From a virus (Duplodnaviria > Caudoviricetes), in IMG/VR virus record IMGVR_UViG_2909979649_000004: a stretch of 64,000 bases of DNA. One strand, written 5' to 3'. The translations under genes were made by a program, and so were the position numbers. Positions 18,569 to 28,616 of this stretch are shown here, piece after piece. The number at the start of each line of letters is the position of its first letter. Positions within the stretch are counted from its first letter, which is position 1. Under the pieces are notes generated by a model. The model had not been told where the DNA came from and searched no databases. It was given only the letters and a program-made list of their open reading frames with translations.

Positions 18569-19345
18569 CTATGCAGCTTTGTTTATATCCTGCTCAAGCC
18601 ATTGCTTTGCTGCAAACTCAGCGCACGCACAAACCCACAGTACATGCCAATCTATAACGGTCAGGCCGCGTTCCCACCAATCCGGGTCTATCTCACATAA
18701 ATTATTATTGTGAATAATGTTATACAGCTCTTGCTCGCTAGGCTTGTAATCATGGTGTCTAAGTTGATCGAATAAATAGTAAATATTTTCTACTTCATCT
18801 TCATTGGCTTTTATTTGCCTTAACCATTCTGGTAACTCTTCTGGCTCGTTTTCATAAAGCACCTCTATTACTTGACAAAAGAGGCTATTGATAGCGATTG
18901 CCAGTTCTTTTGGATTATCTTGATTCAGCGCTGACGGTTCTTTTATCTCATCGGGAAGGTCGCTACTTTCAATAGTGCCTAATTCAAAATATTCATAAAT
19001 TAAACTATATAAATAATCTGCTACCAAAAAGTCGTTAACTTCTTTTTTATCTCTATACACTTGCTCAAGCTTACCTAGGCCATAACCTGAGCAGCCGTCT
19101 TTTGCTAAAAAGCCCATATCTCGGCCAACGGTATACAGCACTTCCCCTATATCACCACTTACCGTAATACAGGTAGGGCTTAGAATAATGTCAAACCCAT
19201 AGACCCATGTTCCCGGTTTTTGGCAACGGTAGAGCTGTACATGCTCAGTATTAACCAGCTCTTTAACCTTGTGATTGGCTAGCGCTCGTTGTACTTGTTC
19301 TTCAAGCTTTTCCATACGTTGATTGGGTGTTTCGAAGTTCATCAT
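18569..19345 (-). CDS. Phage hypothetical protein
   Basis: 258 aa, AAAGGAG RBS, follows the conserved leader. Confidence 0.75.
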   Translation of the reverse strand: MMNFETPNQRMEKLEEQVQRALANHKVKELVNTEHVQLYRCQKPGTWVYGFDIILSPTCITVSGDIGEVLYTVGRDMGFLAKDGCSGYGLGKLEQVYRDKKEVNDFLVADYLYSLIYEYFELGTIESSDLPDEIKEPSALNQDNPKELAIAINSLFCQVIEVLYENEPEELPEWLRQIKANEDEVENIYYLFDQLRHHDYKPSEQELYNIIHNNNLCEIDPDWWERGLTVIDWHVLWVCACAEFAAKQWLEQDINKAA

Positions 19346-19347
19346 TG

Positions 19348-19390
19348 CTCCTTTCTGTAGGCAAAAAAATACCGTGGCTCAATATTGAGC
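19348..19390 (-). promoter_or_regulatory. Conserved leader / predicted sRNA target
   Basis: GCTCAATATTGAGC CACGGTATTTTTTTGCCTA CAGAAAGGAG. Confidence 0.6.
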
Positions 19391-19433
19391 AAGAAAATAT
19401 TAATTAAATAATGAGTGGAATATGACTGCTTGA

Positions 19434-19730
19434 TTATTTAACTTCTAAGTTTTTACCAGTCTCCCAAAGTAGTTTGGCACTATTGGTTAAGGGTTTAACA
19501 AACATGGCTGTCATACCATCATCATGGTCCCAAAATTTCAGTGCAAAATTAAACCCTGCAATTTCTCCTGGGTTCCAATCATTAATTAATTTGTCTCCGT
19601 CCTCTTCTATGTCATAGTCATAGTTATTAACAAAGATCGATTCAAAGCCAAGTTCTTTGGCTAACTCTTCAAAATTAACCATATCGTTTGAGGCTATTTG
19701 AACGAATAAAGGATTTTCCATGGGTGTCAT
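19434..19730 (-). CDS. Phage hypothetical protein
   Basis: AAGGAG RBS; operon position. Confidence 0.7.
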   Translation of the reverse strand: MTPMENPLFVQIASNDMVNFEELAKELGFESIFVNNYDYDIEEDGDKLINDWNPGEIAGFNFALKFWDHDDGMTAMFVKPLTNSAKLLWETGKNLEVK

Positions 19731-19748
19731 TATTTTCTCCTTGGTTAG

Positions 19749-20147
19749 TTACACGCTTAACGTGCTGAACGTTTCTTGTCGTCTAACAGACCGTTGTGCT
19801 ATCCGCACGGGCCTGGGTTTATTAGGGTCATCTTTAACAACTCGGGGTAATTCAGGTAATGCGAAAAAACTTAATACAATCAGTAATGGACTCACAATTT
19901 TTAGCCGGATCAGCTCAGCCACTAAATGTGCACGGTTATGGGTGTTTAACTTGTAGTGTACATTTTTAATTCGATTACTGACTGAGCTGGGCTCAACCCC
20001 TTGCTCTCTGGCAATGACTTTATCTGTCTTACCCGACAGTAGCCCTATGCAATATTTAATCTCACGCGGGGCTAGGTATGGGTTATTTAGATTGGCTTGC
20101 CAGTGGCCATCGGTAATACAGTTAGTTGCAGGTATTGAGCTGTCCAT
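19749..20147 (-). CDS. Phage LuxR-type HTH regulator
   Basis: Homolog of 1336..1725. Confidence 0.8.
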   Translation of the reverse strand: MDSSIPATNCITDGHWQANLNNPYLAPREIKYCIGLLSGKTDKVIAREQGVEPSSVSNRIKNVHYKLNTHNRAHLVAELIRLKIVSPLLIVLSFFALPELPRVVKDDPNKPRPVRIAQRSVRRQETFSTLSV

Positions 20148-20293
20148 AGCTAAAACTCAAGTTAATTTCTTGAATAATAGAATAACACTAAAAACTTAAA
20201 ATACAACTAAAAACTTATAAATTAATTTTTAATTGGGTTGGCTTGATTGTAGGACAACTCTAAGGTGAAAAAAAGAGCAGAAGAGGGAAGGAG

Positions 20294-20983
20294 TTATCTA
20301 TTGATTATATATTCTGCTAAAGCATCAAGGATTTTTAAGTCTGCAGGTGTAAGCTTGTTTTTAGCTACGAGGTCTGTGTAAGTGTTTATGATCCTCATTT
20401 GTTCTTGCCAAAAAGCAGGATCAGGAGATATAGAGTTCGAGGAAATTTTATCGGTATGTTCTTGAGTTGCAGACAAGCTTTCATTTCCATCAAGTAACCA
20501 AAGGTGGTTTACTTTTAAAACTTCACTTAGCTTCTGTAGCTTATTCCGTTTAGGATAAGCCCTTGTCTCAGGATCTTTGGACTCCCATTTACCAACTGCA
20601 GCTAAAGATACTTCGCAGTATTTAGCTATTTCACCCTGTGTTAGGTTCAACTCTTTTCGGCGCTTACGAAGTTTCGACCAAAGGCTACTCATCTGACGCT
20701 CATTTACTTTGGCTTTAGCTTTTTGGTATTCATCCTCCTCAAGAATAGATACAGCTGAGAATATTGAATCCTCATCATCTGAGTAAAACCAATTAGTATC
20801 AACTTGTAATATTTCACTTAGTTTTTGTATTTTGTCTTGTCTGGGAAAGGCTTGTCTTTCAGGGGCTTGTGACTCCCATTGAGAAACTGAAGTCACAGAA
20901 ACCTCGCAATAGTCTGCGACTTCTTTTTGAGTTAAATCTAGCTCTCTGCGTCGCGCTCTAAGTTTTTTCCAGATTTCACTCAT
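20294..20983 (-). CDS. Phage repressor with two tandem XRE HTH domains, no peptidase domain
   Basis: Internal repeat MSEIWKKLRARRRELDLTQ / MSSLWSKLRKRRKELNLTQ. Confidence 0.85.
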   Translation of the reverse strand: MSEIWKKLRARRRELDLTQKEVADYCEVSVTSVSQWESQAPERQAFPRQDKIQKLSEILQVDTNWFYSDDEDSIFSAVSILEEDEYQKAKAKVNERQMSSLWSKLRKRRKELNLTQGEIAKYCEVSLAAVGKWESKDPETRAYPKRNKLQKLSEVLKVNHLWLLDGNESLSATQEHTDKISSNSISPDPAFWQEQMRIINTYTDLVAKNKLTPADLKILDALAEYIINR

Positions 20984-21036
20984 GCAAAAATTCTACTTGA
21001 AGTTTACAAAATTCGCTATTACTATGACAATACAAT

Positions 21037-21197
21037 AAAAAAACCGGCACCCTACAATAGAGTACCGGTTAACATGTTAAACCCTTATCAGCACAAACAC
21101 CAGTGCCTGTGGCACCTTTACGCCTAAATTCAGCGGTATATGTGAAAAGGAGACAAAAGCACATACCCTGATAGGTCGATTGTGTTTGTGCTGAATA
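21037..21197 (-). ncRNA. Putative structured antisense-type sRNA
   Basis: Promoter GTGACG-17-TAAAGT (21232-21204); 13 bp closing stem UCAGCACAAACAC/GUGUUUGUGCUGA; hairpin loop GUCUCCUUUU; terminator ACCGG...CCGG-U7. Confidence 0.68.
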
Positions 21198-21246
21198 GGT
21201 AAAACTTTATCTCAAGTTTTAGTAAGCGTCACTTAACTTAATTCTA

Positions 21247-21262
21247 CTGTTAGTTTATACAG
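21247..21262. promoter_or_regulatory. LexA (SOS) box upstream of the replication operon
   Basis: CTGTTAGTTTATACAG = CTGT-N8-ACAG. Confidence 0.65.
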
Positions 21263-21510
21263 TCACCAACCTAGCAAGGAGCATCCATGATGGTACCTCA
21301 ATGTAAGACTTAGCTAACCCTCTAATACTCTCGTTGTATTTCGAGGGTGTTTTATCAACCAATGACTTATTAATTACTGACTGAATTCAGTGAGCTAAGG
21401 ATTTTTTATGTCTGAAAAAAATAAGGCAGGGTTTCTTGCAGGCAATAAAAAAGCTGCTAACCCCCGCAAAGAGAAAAGCAGCTTTCCTAACCACATTTGG
21501 AGTATTTATT

Positions 21511-22425
21511 ATGGATGATGTTTATGATAACTGCAATGGCTATGTACGACTCAATAACCAGTTATTGGAAGCTATTTGTCAGCTGGATATTTCTGGCCGC
21601 CAGTTTCGTATTTTGATGGCGGTGATTAGAAAAACAATTGGCTATAACATCGAGGTTGACTGGATTTCTGCCAGCCAATTAGCTGATTTAATGGCTTATG
21701 ATGGTGCCACCACCCACCTACATGCCGATTTACGAATACTCAAAGAGCGCAAAATCGTAATCACCAGAGGTCGTAAAATTGGCATCAATAAAAGTTTGGC
21801 TAACTGGTGTTTTAGCAAAATCGAAACTAACCAAAAACCGTCACTAAACAAACCGAAATCGGTCACTCATAAAGAAACCAAAAACGGTCAGGTTAGTGAC
21901 CGAAATCCGTCAGTAAACAAACCGAATTCCGTCACTCCCAAACAAACCGAAAACGGTCAGTGTAGTGACCGAAATCGGTCAGAAAAAGTGACTGAAAACG
22001 GTCACCACAAAAGACAAAAAGACACTAAACCAAAAAACACTATTACCCCCTTTAATCCCCCCTTGGAGGAAACCAACCCACAACCGAGTAAAAAATCCAA
22101 ACGTCGTACACCAGCCAAACGAACCACCACTGCCCCTGAACATTTTCCGATGACACCGGAATTAATTCGGTGGGCCAGTGAGAATTTTATTCGGGTCGAT
22201 TTGATTATCGAAACTGAAAAATTTCTGGATCACCACCGGGCCAAAGGTTCCACGTTCACTTGCTGGGCGTCAGCCTGGCGAAACTGGATGCGTAATGCCC
22301 AACGCTTTGCGGCTGAAAAAGCCATGCCACCCGTTCCAACGACCGGCCCTGTTAAACCCAATGGAATCAAACCTGGGGGGATGGATTGGGATGATACCAG
22401 CTGGCGCCATGACTTAGGTCTGTGA
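21511..22425 (+). CDS. Lambda O-like replication initiator
   Basis: GYVRLNNQLLEA...RQFRIL.AVIRKT.GY...DWIS..QLA; internal iterons; GGAG RBS before ATG 21511. Confidence 0.85.
   Translation: MDDVYDNCNGYVRLNNQLLEAICQLDISGRQFRILMAVIRKTIGYNIEVDWISASQLADLMAYDGATTHLHADLRILKERKIVITRGRKIGINKSLANWCFSKIETNQKPSLNKPKSVTHKETKNGQVSDRNPSVNKPNSVTPKQTENGQCSDRNRSEKVTENGHHKRQKDTKPKNTITPFNPPLEETNPQPSKKSKRRTPAKRTTTAPEHFPMTPELIRWASENFIRVDLIIETEKFLDHHRAKGSTFTCWASAWRNWMRNAQRFAAEKAMPPVPTTGPVKPNGIKPGGMDWDDTSWRHDLGL
21829..22005 (+). repeat. Replication origin iterons (8 copies, consensus ACCGAAAWCGGTCA)
   Basis: Eight imperfect repeats counted within the O-like gene. Confidence 0.85.
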
Positions 22426-22435
22426 GGATGACACC

Positions 22436-23179
22436 ATGAAAAAAACCAGTGACATAATTTCTCGAATTAATTTTAATCAACCCAATACACCACAACCGGC
22501 GTCTAATCAGCAGGATGTCTCTGAGCATGCCGCGCAATTGGTGAATTTAATTTTTCGCGAGTTGGTAGGTATTTTTTCTGCTTGGCGACAAGCCTTTGCT
22601 GATCCCGAGGTATTAGCCAGTGCCAAACGCAATTGGACCAAAGGGTTTATTACCCATGGTATTCACCAAGTCGAGCAAGTCCGCATTGGATTAAATAAAG
22701 CCCGGGGGATTGATAAAGATTTTGTGCCGAGCGTGGGAACGTTTATTCAATGGTGTCAACCGCAACCGGAAGATGTGGGCTTACCCGAGGTTGCGTTAGC
22801 GTATCGTGAGGCTTGTGATCATAGCCATAACCCGACAACGGCCGGTTGGTCCCATGAAGGGGTAAAAGTTGCTGCCCAGGAAACCGGGTATTTTGAATTA
22901 AAAGCCCGTACCGAAGCCGAAGTGTTTCCGTTGTTTAAACGCAATTATGCCATCGTCACTCGTCGTGTATTGGCTGGTGAATCACTGACAGATATTCCCA
23001 AGGCGATCACTGATCAAAGCCAACAAAGCTTGGCTGAACGCAATAAGGTTTATCACGATACACAACAACAACAGCAGATTGAATCAATGGGACTCAATCA
23101 TTTAACCAATGCCAAAGATGCCATGGCCGCCATGAGAGGCATGTTAGGTCAACGTGTCATTGAGGAGACACCCGCATGA
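22436..23179 (+). CDS. Lambda P-like helicase loader
   Basis: AWRQAF...KRNW...F.PS.G.FI.WC, GLP....AY.EAC; follows O. Confidence 0.82.
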   Translation: MKKTSDIISRINFNQPNTPQPASNQQDVSEHAAQLVNLIFRELVGIFSAWRQAFADPEVLASAKRNWTKGFITHGIHQVEQVRIGLNKARGIDKDFVPSVGTFIQWCQPQPEDVGLPEVALAYREACDHSHNPTTAGWSHEGVKVAAQETGYFELKARTEAEVFPLFKRNYAIVTRRVLAGESLTDIPKAITDQSQQSLAERNKVYHDTQQQQQIESMGLNHLTNAKDAMAAMRGMLGQRVIEETPA

Positions 23180-23403
23180 GCTATTCACTGTATGCCCAAA
23201 TCCGCCCCAGCTCTAAATACTATGAGCAAGGTTTAGGCCCGAATGGTCAACCGTGTTTGCTGAAGGTGGACCAGATTAACCAGGCATTAGACGGTTACCA
23301 TTTCTGGTGCTCAAGCCCCTATATCAGCGAGTGTTATCGCCGTGAGGATTTAACCTTTTACTCGGGCAATCCAGAGGTGGGCGAGTTGGTGCAATTAAGT
23401 TAA
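23176..23403 (+). CDS. Phage hypothetical protein
   Basis: ATGA overlap with P; GAGGAG RBS. Confidence 0.65.
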   Translation: MSYSLYAQIRPSSKYYEQGLGPNGQPCLLKVDQINQALDGYHFWCSSPYISECYRREDLTFYSGNPEVGELVQLS

Positions 23404-23641
23404 GCCATTATATAAAAACTATAAACAGGTAACCCTGCTATGAAAAAAGCCCTTATCTATTTATCTTTATCTGTCGTTGCCGGGTTATGGGTCGGTAACC
23501 AACTGAGTGACGCACTAACCAAGCCCACGACACAATGTGCCTATAATGAAACCCTTTTTGTTTTTTAATGAAAGGGCAGTAAACACTGATAGGATGGGAT
23601 TTTGCTGTACCCACTATCAGCTTTAATATGCCAAATAAGAA

Positions 23642-23977
23642 TTATTCAATAATATTTATAGGCTTGTTTAAAAACTTCTTATTACCTTTCCGCAATGCGG
23701 CTACCAGTTTAACGACGGCTTGTTGCTGATCGTTGGTTAAACCTCGTAGAAAAAAATACTTATCTCCCGTCAACAGCCAGTCAATGGAAATATTCAACTC
23801 TTTACAGGTTTCAATAATATGTTCCAGGCTAATTGATCCACCTTTTCGCCAGTGGGTCACGGCGGTATGACTGATGCCCAAAGAATCCGCCAGTTGACGT
23901 ACAGTTATATTTCGGGTGCCCATTGCTTTGGTTAGGCGCTTTCCACGTTGTTGATTTTCGTTTATTTCATTCATCAT
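23642..23977 (-). CDS. XRE-family HTH regulator
   Basis: QLADSLGISHTAVTHWRKG...SIDWLLTG. Confidence 0.82.
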   Translation of the reverse strand: MMNEINENQQRGKRLTKAMGTRNITVRQLADSLGISHTAVTHWRKGGSISLEHIIETCKELNISIDWLLTGDKYFFLRGLTNDQQQAVVKLVAALRKGNKKFLNKPINIIE

Positions 23978-24216
23978 TATTTACTTCAGTGACTTCTAAT
24001 GTTAGTAATACTTAAGATTTTACCCCAAATTGGTAAGCTGAAAACCTTGTTTTTTTATTCACTTCATAGACACTTTACTGTAATATGTGTCGTGCATAAC
24101 AAATAATTAAAAACATAACCCATTATTTTAAAGAGATAGGCCCTTTCAATCACGGATGGTTTTAGCAGTCGTATATCCGTCAATGACTATCATTTTGAGG
24201 AATAGGAGTCTGAGCA

Positions 24217-24417
24217 GTGATTAGCTCAAAGGGTGAAACAGACTTGTTTTTTTATCAAGCAAAAATAAGACGTATTCAAACACGCCTAAAAGAATTAAAA
24301 GTAACCTTGGAAAATATAACTGAAAAAAATCAACTAATGAAAACAGCCCCAATGGAGATGGAGATGATCTTTGTCTTAATCGAGACTATGAGCCAACAGT
24401 GTAAAAACGATGAATAA
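24217..24417 (+). CDS. Hypothetical protein
   Basis: AGGAG RBS, short ORF. Confidence 0.45.
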   Translation: MISSKGETDLFFYQAKIRRIQTRLKELKVTLENITEKNQLMKTAPMEMEMIFVLIETMSQQCKNDE

Positions 24418-24440
24418 ACCCTCCCTGGCTGATGGCTGAA

Positions 24441-24695
24441 CTAGCTTGCCATCAGTTGTTGAGCAATTAATTGTCGATCTTTTTCTGATAACCCTTGAAG
24501 AAATTCAGCTACTGCTGGGTTTGTGGTTACTTGCTCTGGTGTGGATAAGGTATGACTAAAGGAGAGTTTCATAACAAATTTATGGTTACATTCTGTATTT
24601 TTGCAGCGACAGTATAAATCGCTCACATCTTTACTTAAATTGTAACGGGATTTAATGACGGCCTTATGTTCGCAGTGAGGACAATTAATTTGCAT
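24441..24695 (-). CDS. ogr: Ogr/Delta-like zinc-finger late activator
   Basis: CPHC...LYCRC.N.EC.H.F...L.FSHTLS. Confidence 0.88.
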   Translation of the reverse strand: MQINCPHCEHKAVIKSRYNLSKDVSDLYCRCKNTECNHKFVMKLSFSHTLSTPEQVTTNPAVAEFLQGLSEKDRQLIAQQLMAS

Positions 24696-24756
24696 GGGGG
24701 TTGTTCCCTTTTGTTAGTTATACAACAGTATCGTTATTTAACTTCACCATCCCGGT

Positions 24757-25782
24757 TCACGATTCATTATACAGGCTATTAGGCAAGTCAAATTGAATTT
24801 GGTTTCCTGATAAATATTCGTTCAATTGCAAAAAAGTTTCCGATAAGGGACGAATTTCATTATCGGTATACACCTGGCTGATTTTTTGGATATCCCCAAA
24901 GCCACCCGTATTTTCGGGCATAATACCCGCGAGGGCAGGGGGCATTCGCCAGGCACTGATAATGTCATTGCGGCTGATATTTTTAATCCGCTCAAATTCA
25001 TCCTTAGTGGCAATATCGCCAACGGGAATTATTTTTACCGAATGCTCGTTACCGTTAGGAATATGTAAAAATAAACTCCGAAAGTTGCCGACACCTTTGG
25101 AGTGCTTGAGTTTATTTTGCATCATGGCCACGCCTTCAGGGCTTAAACCCGGGTCATTGGTATAAAAAATAAAACCCGCATGGGCACCATTATCATAATA
25201 ACGACGCCGAAATAAGGTGGCGGATTCATTTAATAATACCGAATGCATGGCACTGAGATATTCAGGGATGCCATACAACTGTTGATTGACGTCGTATTCC
25301 ATTAATCCAATAATTTCCCCCTTTTTAAATGACGTGAGTTTTCTATCAGGGTTGAGCCAGTAATATTGATCCGGTTTTACCCCTTTGCGGATATTAATCG
25401 CAGGCACATGTTGTAAACGGATAGTTTGTTTAAAAGGATTAAGCAGGCGCTTAAAGTAACAGTTACCAAACACATTAAAATCATAGCAAGCCCTATACAT
25501 CGCTTGTCGGGGTAATAAGTCGCAGGGCTTATAATGTTTGACTAGCATATTGCGTTTAAATCCAGCACAGGCACTGTGATGGGGGTTAGCCCGTAATAAC
25601 TTAGCCAAGCCTGTTAAGCTTACCGGGGGCTCGTAATACTCGCCGTTATGGTTGGCAAACACCCCTAAAAAATCCTGTAGGTGGGTAGCCAGCACCGATT
25701 CAGGATCACCAAAACTGAACACCGTGGCTTCTTGGGGAATAGGTAGGTTCGGCTTATTTTTTTGTGTTGTTTGGCTCGACAT
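24757..25782 (-). CDS. Portal protein (P2 gpQ/PBSX type)
   Basis: YYEPPVS..GLAKL, YGIPEYLS, RRRYY.NGAH.G. Confidence 0.93.
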   Translation of the reverse strand: MSSQTTQKNKPNLPIPQEATVFSFGDPESVLATHLQDFLGVFANHNGEYYEPPVSLTGLAKLLRANPHHSACAGFKRNMLVKHYKPCDLLPRQAMYRACYDFNVFGNCYFKRLLNPFKQTIRLQHVPAINIRKGVKPDQYYWLNPDRKLTSFKKGEIIGLMEYDVNQQLYGIPEYLSAMHSVLLNESATLFRRRYYDNGAHAGFIFYTNDPGLSPEGVAMMQNKLKHSKGVGNFRSLFLHIPNGNEHSVKIIPVGDIATKDEFERIKNISRNDIISAWRMPPALAGIMPENTGGFGDIQKISQVYTDNEIRPLSETFLQLNEYLSGNQIQFDLPNSLYNES

Positions 25783-25784
25783 GA

Positions 25785-27539
25785 TTAATCCTCAAAGGCC
25801 CAAGTGGAAGCTTGCTGGTATTCGGTGTTAATGGGTTCGTTGAATAACGCATGTAAAATGGCAAAGGCGACATCCGCATGACCGGTTTCCTGGGTGCGAT
25901 TGGCGCTATAGGTAATTTGTCCACTGGGTGTTGTGGTTTGTTTGATGGTTAAAAAGGCATGGGGAATATCCTGCATTTCCGCATCAAAGGCCAGGCGGCC
26001 TTTCCGGATGACATCTAAGCCTTTTAATACCAATTGGTTTTTCGTATCGACACTGTAATTGATGGCCCGGGCATAGGGGAAAAAGCCCCGCACTAAATCA
26101 TAGACACCCCGACCAATGCCGGTGATATCAATGCCAATATGCTGGACATTAAAGCGTTGCGTCAGTTGTCGGATTTGCTGGGCTTGATAAGAAAAGTCAG
26201 CGTTATACCACTGGTGTTTTTCCAATACCCGGAACTTGTCGCCATAGGCGGGGTTCGGTGGGGCAACGACCACACAGGTGGCGGCGTCCTGGGTGCAGCT
26301 AGGATCAAAGCCCAACCATACGGCATTATCACCAAAGGGGCGGGTTTCGTGGGGTTCATAATCCAACCAGAATAATCGGTCTGAGCAGCACTTTTCTAAA
26401 TCGCTAAGCTTGAAGACACTTTGCTTATCATCAATAAACTGGCACATCAGCAAGTTGTTGAATTCATCCTCGGAATATTCCAAGCGTAATTGCTCAATAT
26501 CAAATAAATCACAGCCACCGGCTAAGGCATCCTCAATGGTAATGATTTGCCGGTATTGACCATCCGGGCATAACGCCCCCTTGGCTAATTCATCATTGGT
26601 CGGAAAGGCCATGTCTTTATGTTTCTTTTTAAAGGCTGTGGCCGTCCAGAACGGGTAAGCATCATGACCCACGGCACTGGGTGTGGAAAAATACGTCTTA
26701 CGCCATTTTTTGTGCATGGCCATGCCGGAGGCGACGGTATTAATCTTTTTAAATTTGGGTATCCAAAAATACTCATCGGTATACACATGGCCGTGATAAC
26801 TTTGGGCAGTACTGGCATTGGTCGACACAAAACGTAATTCGGCGCCATTGCTTAAGGTAATCGGATCACCTTTTAATTCCAGGTCAAACCAATCCTTGGC
26901 AAACTGAGTAATATAGCTGCGGAACATTTCAGCCTGGGCACGGCTGGCGGATAAAAAGATTTGGTTATCGCCCGTCAGTACCGCATCCTCAAAGGCTTCC
27001 CCTGCAAAGTAATAGGTGAGCCCGATCTGACGGCTTTTTAAAATATTACGAATCCGGTTTAAGCTGGGATCATTTTTTACGGCCCGTAACGCCCGTTGAT
27101 AATCAAATAGCTGACTGATAAATTTTTGCTGAAAATCCTCAGCCGTGAGTTTACTGATATCATTTTTAATTTGCTTACGTTTCTTACGGGGCTTATCTGA
27201 ACGGCTGTTGTCACTCTCGTTACCCATTGGTTCTATATGAGATACGACACTGGCTTTAGGCTTCTGCAATTTAGCTAACTGGCTGACTAGCCGATCCATT
27301 TCGTTAAGTTCCCGATCGGTCTTATTTTCCCGGCTGGATAAGATAATTAAGCGACGGGATAGGGCAGACTCGGCGGTTTCACTTTGAATTAAATCGGTCC
27401 AGCCTTCCTGGGCGGCCCAATAATAAATAATCCGTTTCGATTCAATGCCTAATTGTTTGGCAATTTCAGGGACGCGGTGGCGTTGTAAATATAATTGTTT
27501 GGCTTGTTGTTTGGTGTCATCAGAATATTTCATAGGCAA
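25785..27539 (-). CDS. Terminase ATPase subunit (P2 gpP)
   Basis: KSRQIG.TYYFA.EA, DEYFWI, GHADVAFA. Confidence 0.93.
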   Translation of the reverse strand: MPMKYSDDTKQQAKQLYLQRHRVPEIAKQLGIESKRIIYYWAAQEGWTDLIQSETAESALSRRLIILSSRENKTDRELNEMDRLVSQLAKLQKPKASVVSHIEPMGNESDNSRSDKPRKKRKQIKNDISKLTAEDFQQKFISQLFDYQRALRAVKNDPSLNRIRNILKSRQIGLTYYFAGEAFEDAVLTGDNQIFLSASRAQAEMFRSYITQFAKDWFDLELKGDPITLSNGAELRFVSTNASTAQSYHGHVYTDEYFWIPKFKKINTVASGMAMHKKWRKTYFSTPSAVGHDAYPFWTATAFKKKHKDMAFPTNDELAKGALCPDGQYRQIITIEDALAGGCDLFDIEQLRLEYSEDEFNNLLMCQFIDDKQSVFKLSDLEKCCSDRLFWLDYEPHETRPFGDNAVWLGFDPSCTQDAATCVVVAPPNPAYGDKFRVLEKHQWYNADFSYQAQQIRQLTQRFNVQHIGIDITGIGRGVYDLVRGFFPYARAINYSVDTKNQLVLKGLDVIRKGRLAFDAEMQDIPHAFLTIKQTTTPSGQITYSANRTQETGHADVAFAILHALFNEPINTEYQQASTWAFED

Positions 27540-27752
27540 ATATCAGTGGCAAGGTTAAGGTGTGCGTTAATAATAAAAGACCTTGAGCAAAAAATAATTC
27601 AGTGGATTTGCTGGTTTTTCCTAAAATTACCTCGCTATGCAAAAACAGCAAAATAGCGAAAATCATCCCGTTGCTCGCCTGTCAAAAAGCCATTAATTTT
27701 AAATCCAACCTTAGGGGAATGACTGAAATAACCAACCGGAAAACGTATTAAG

Positions 27753-28616
27753 ATGGCAACCACTGATTGGCTTTGTATCATGAAAAGCGGCCCGACAATT
27801 GATGGTCGGGAGATTGAGCCGCAAGCCATTATGGATATGGCAGCGTCGTATAATCCAGCGGAATATACCGCCATGATTTGGTATGAGCATTTCCGCTTTT
27901 ATGGCAATTTCGGTCAGGTGGTAGAATTGAAAACGGAGACGGATGATCAAGACCGGCAATGCTTGTTTGCGAAAATCAAACCCAACCAGAAGCTGTATAC
28001 ACTGAATGAACAGCAGCAACAATTATTTTTCTCGGGTGAAATTTTGCCGGATTTTCGTAAGACAGGTAAGGCTTATTTATTTGGCTTAGCCATTACGGAT
28101 CAACCTGCCAGTGTGGGCACCTCGCAGTTACATTTTAGCCATCGCCGTCAAGCGTCAGAGAGTTATTTCAGTCAACCCCTGCAATTCAGTTATGAGGACA
28201 TCGCTGAGCCAGAGTCCTGGTTTAGCCGTGTCTTTAATCGCGATAAATCCGTTCAGGAACAAGGCAAACCAATGGATGAAAAGCAATTTACCCAACTGAT
28301 GGACAGCCAGCAAAAAAACGCGGATGCCATCAAACAACTAACGGAAACGTTAGCGACATTCAATGCAGCATCACCAGCACAACAAGAGGCATCTACTGCA
28401 GAAACATCCTCAACCACTGAAAAGCCTGCTGATAACCCGGCGAATAACACAGAGGAAGAGACTGACAAGAATACAAGTGGTGTCTCTGCAGAAGAGTTTA
28501 ACTGCCTTAAGCAGTCCTTTGAAAAACTACAAGGCGTCATTAAACAATTGTCGGTTGAGGGTACTGTTGTCCCTCTGGGTGCTGGCCCTGCAGATGATTA
28601 TGAAGAGGTGCTGTAA
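27753..28616 (+). CDS. Capsid scaffolding/protease protein (gpO)
   Basis: SGPT.DGR.I, GLAITD.PAS.GT. Confidence 0.9.
   Translation: MATTDWLCIMKSGPTIDGREIEPQAIMDMAASYNPAEYTAMIWYEHFRFYGNFGQVVELKTETDDQDRQCLFAKIKPNQKLYTLNEQQQQLFFSGEILPDFRKTGKAYLFGLAITDQPASVGTSQLHFSHRRQASESYFSQPLQFSYEDIAEPESWFSRVFNRDKSVQEQGKPMDEKQFTQLMDSQQKNADAIKQLTETLATFNAASPAQQEASTAETSSTTEKPADNPANNTEEETDKNTSGVSAEEFNCLKQSFEKLQGVIKQLSVEGTVVPLGAGPADDYEEVL

Noticed and set aside
21829-22005. Regular repeats as a CRISPR array
   Set aside because: Spacers are only 5-8 bp and the repeats lie inside an O-like gene, so they are origin iterons
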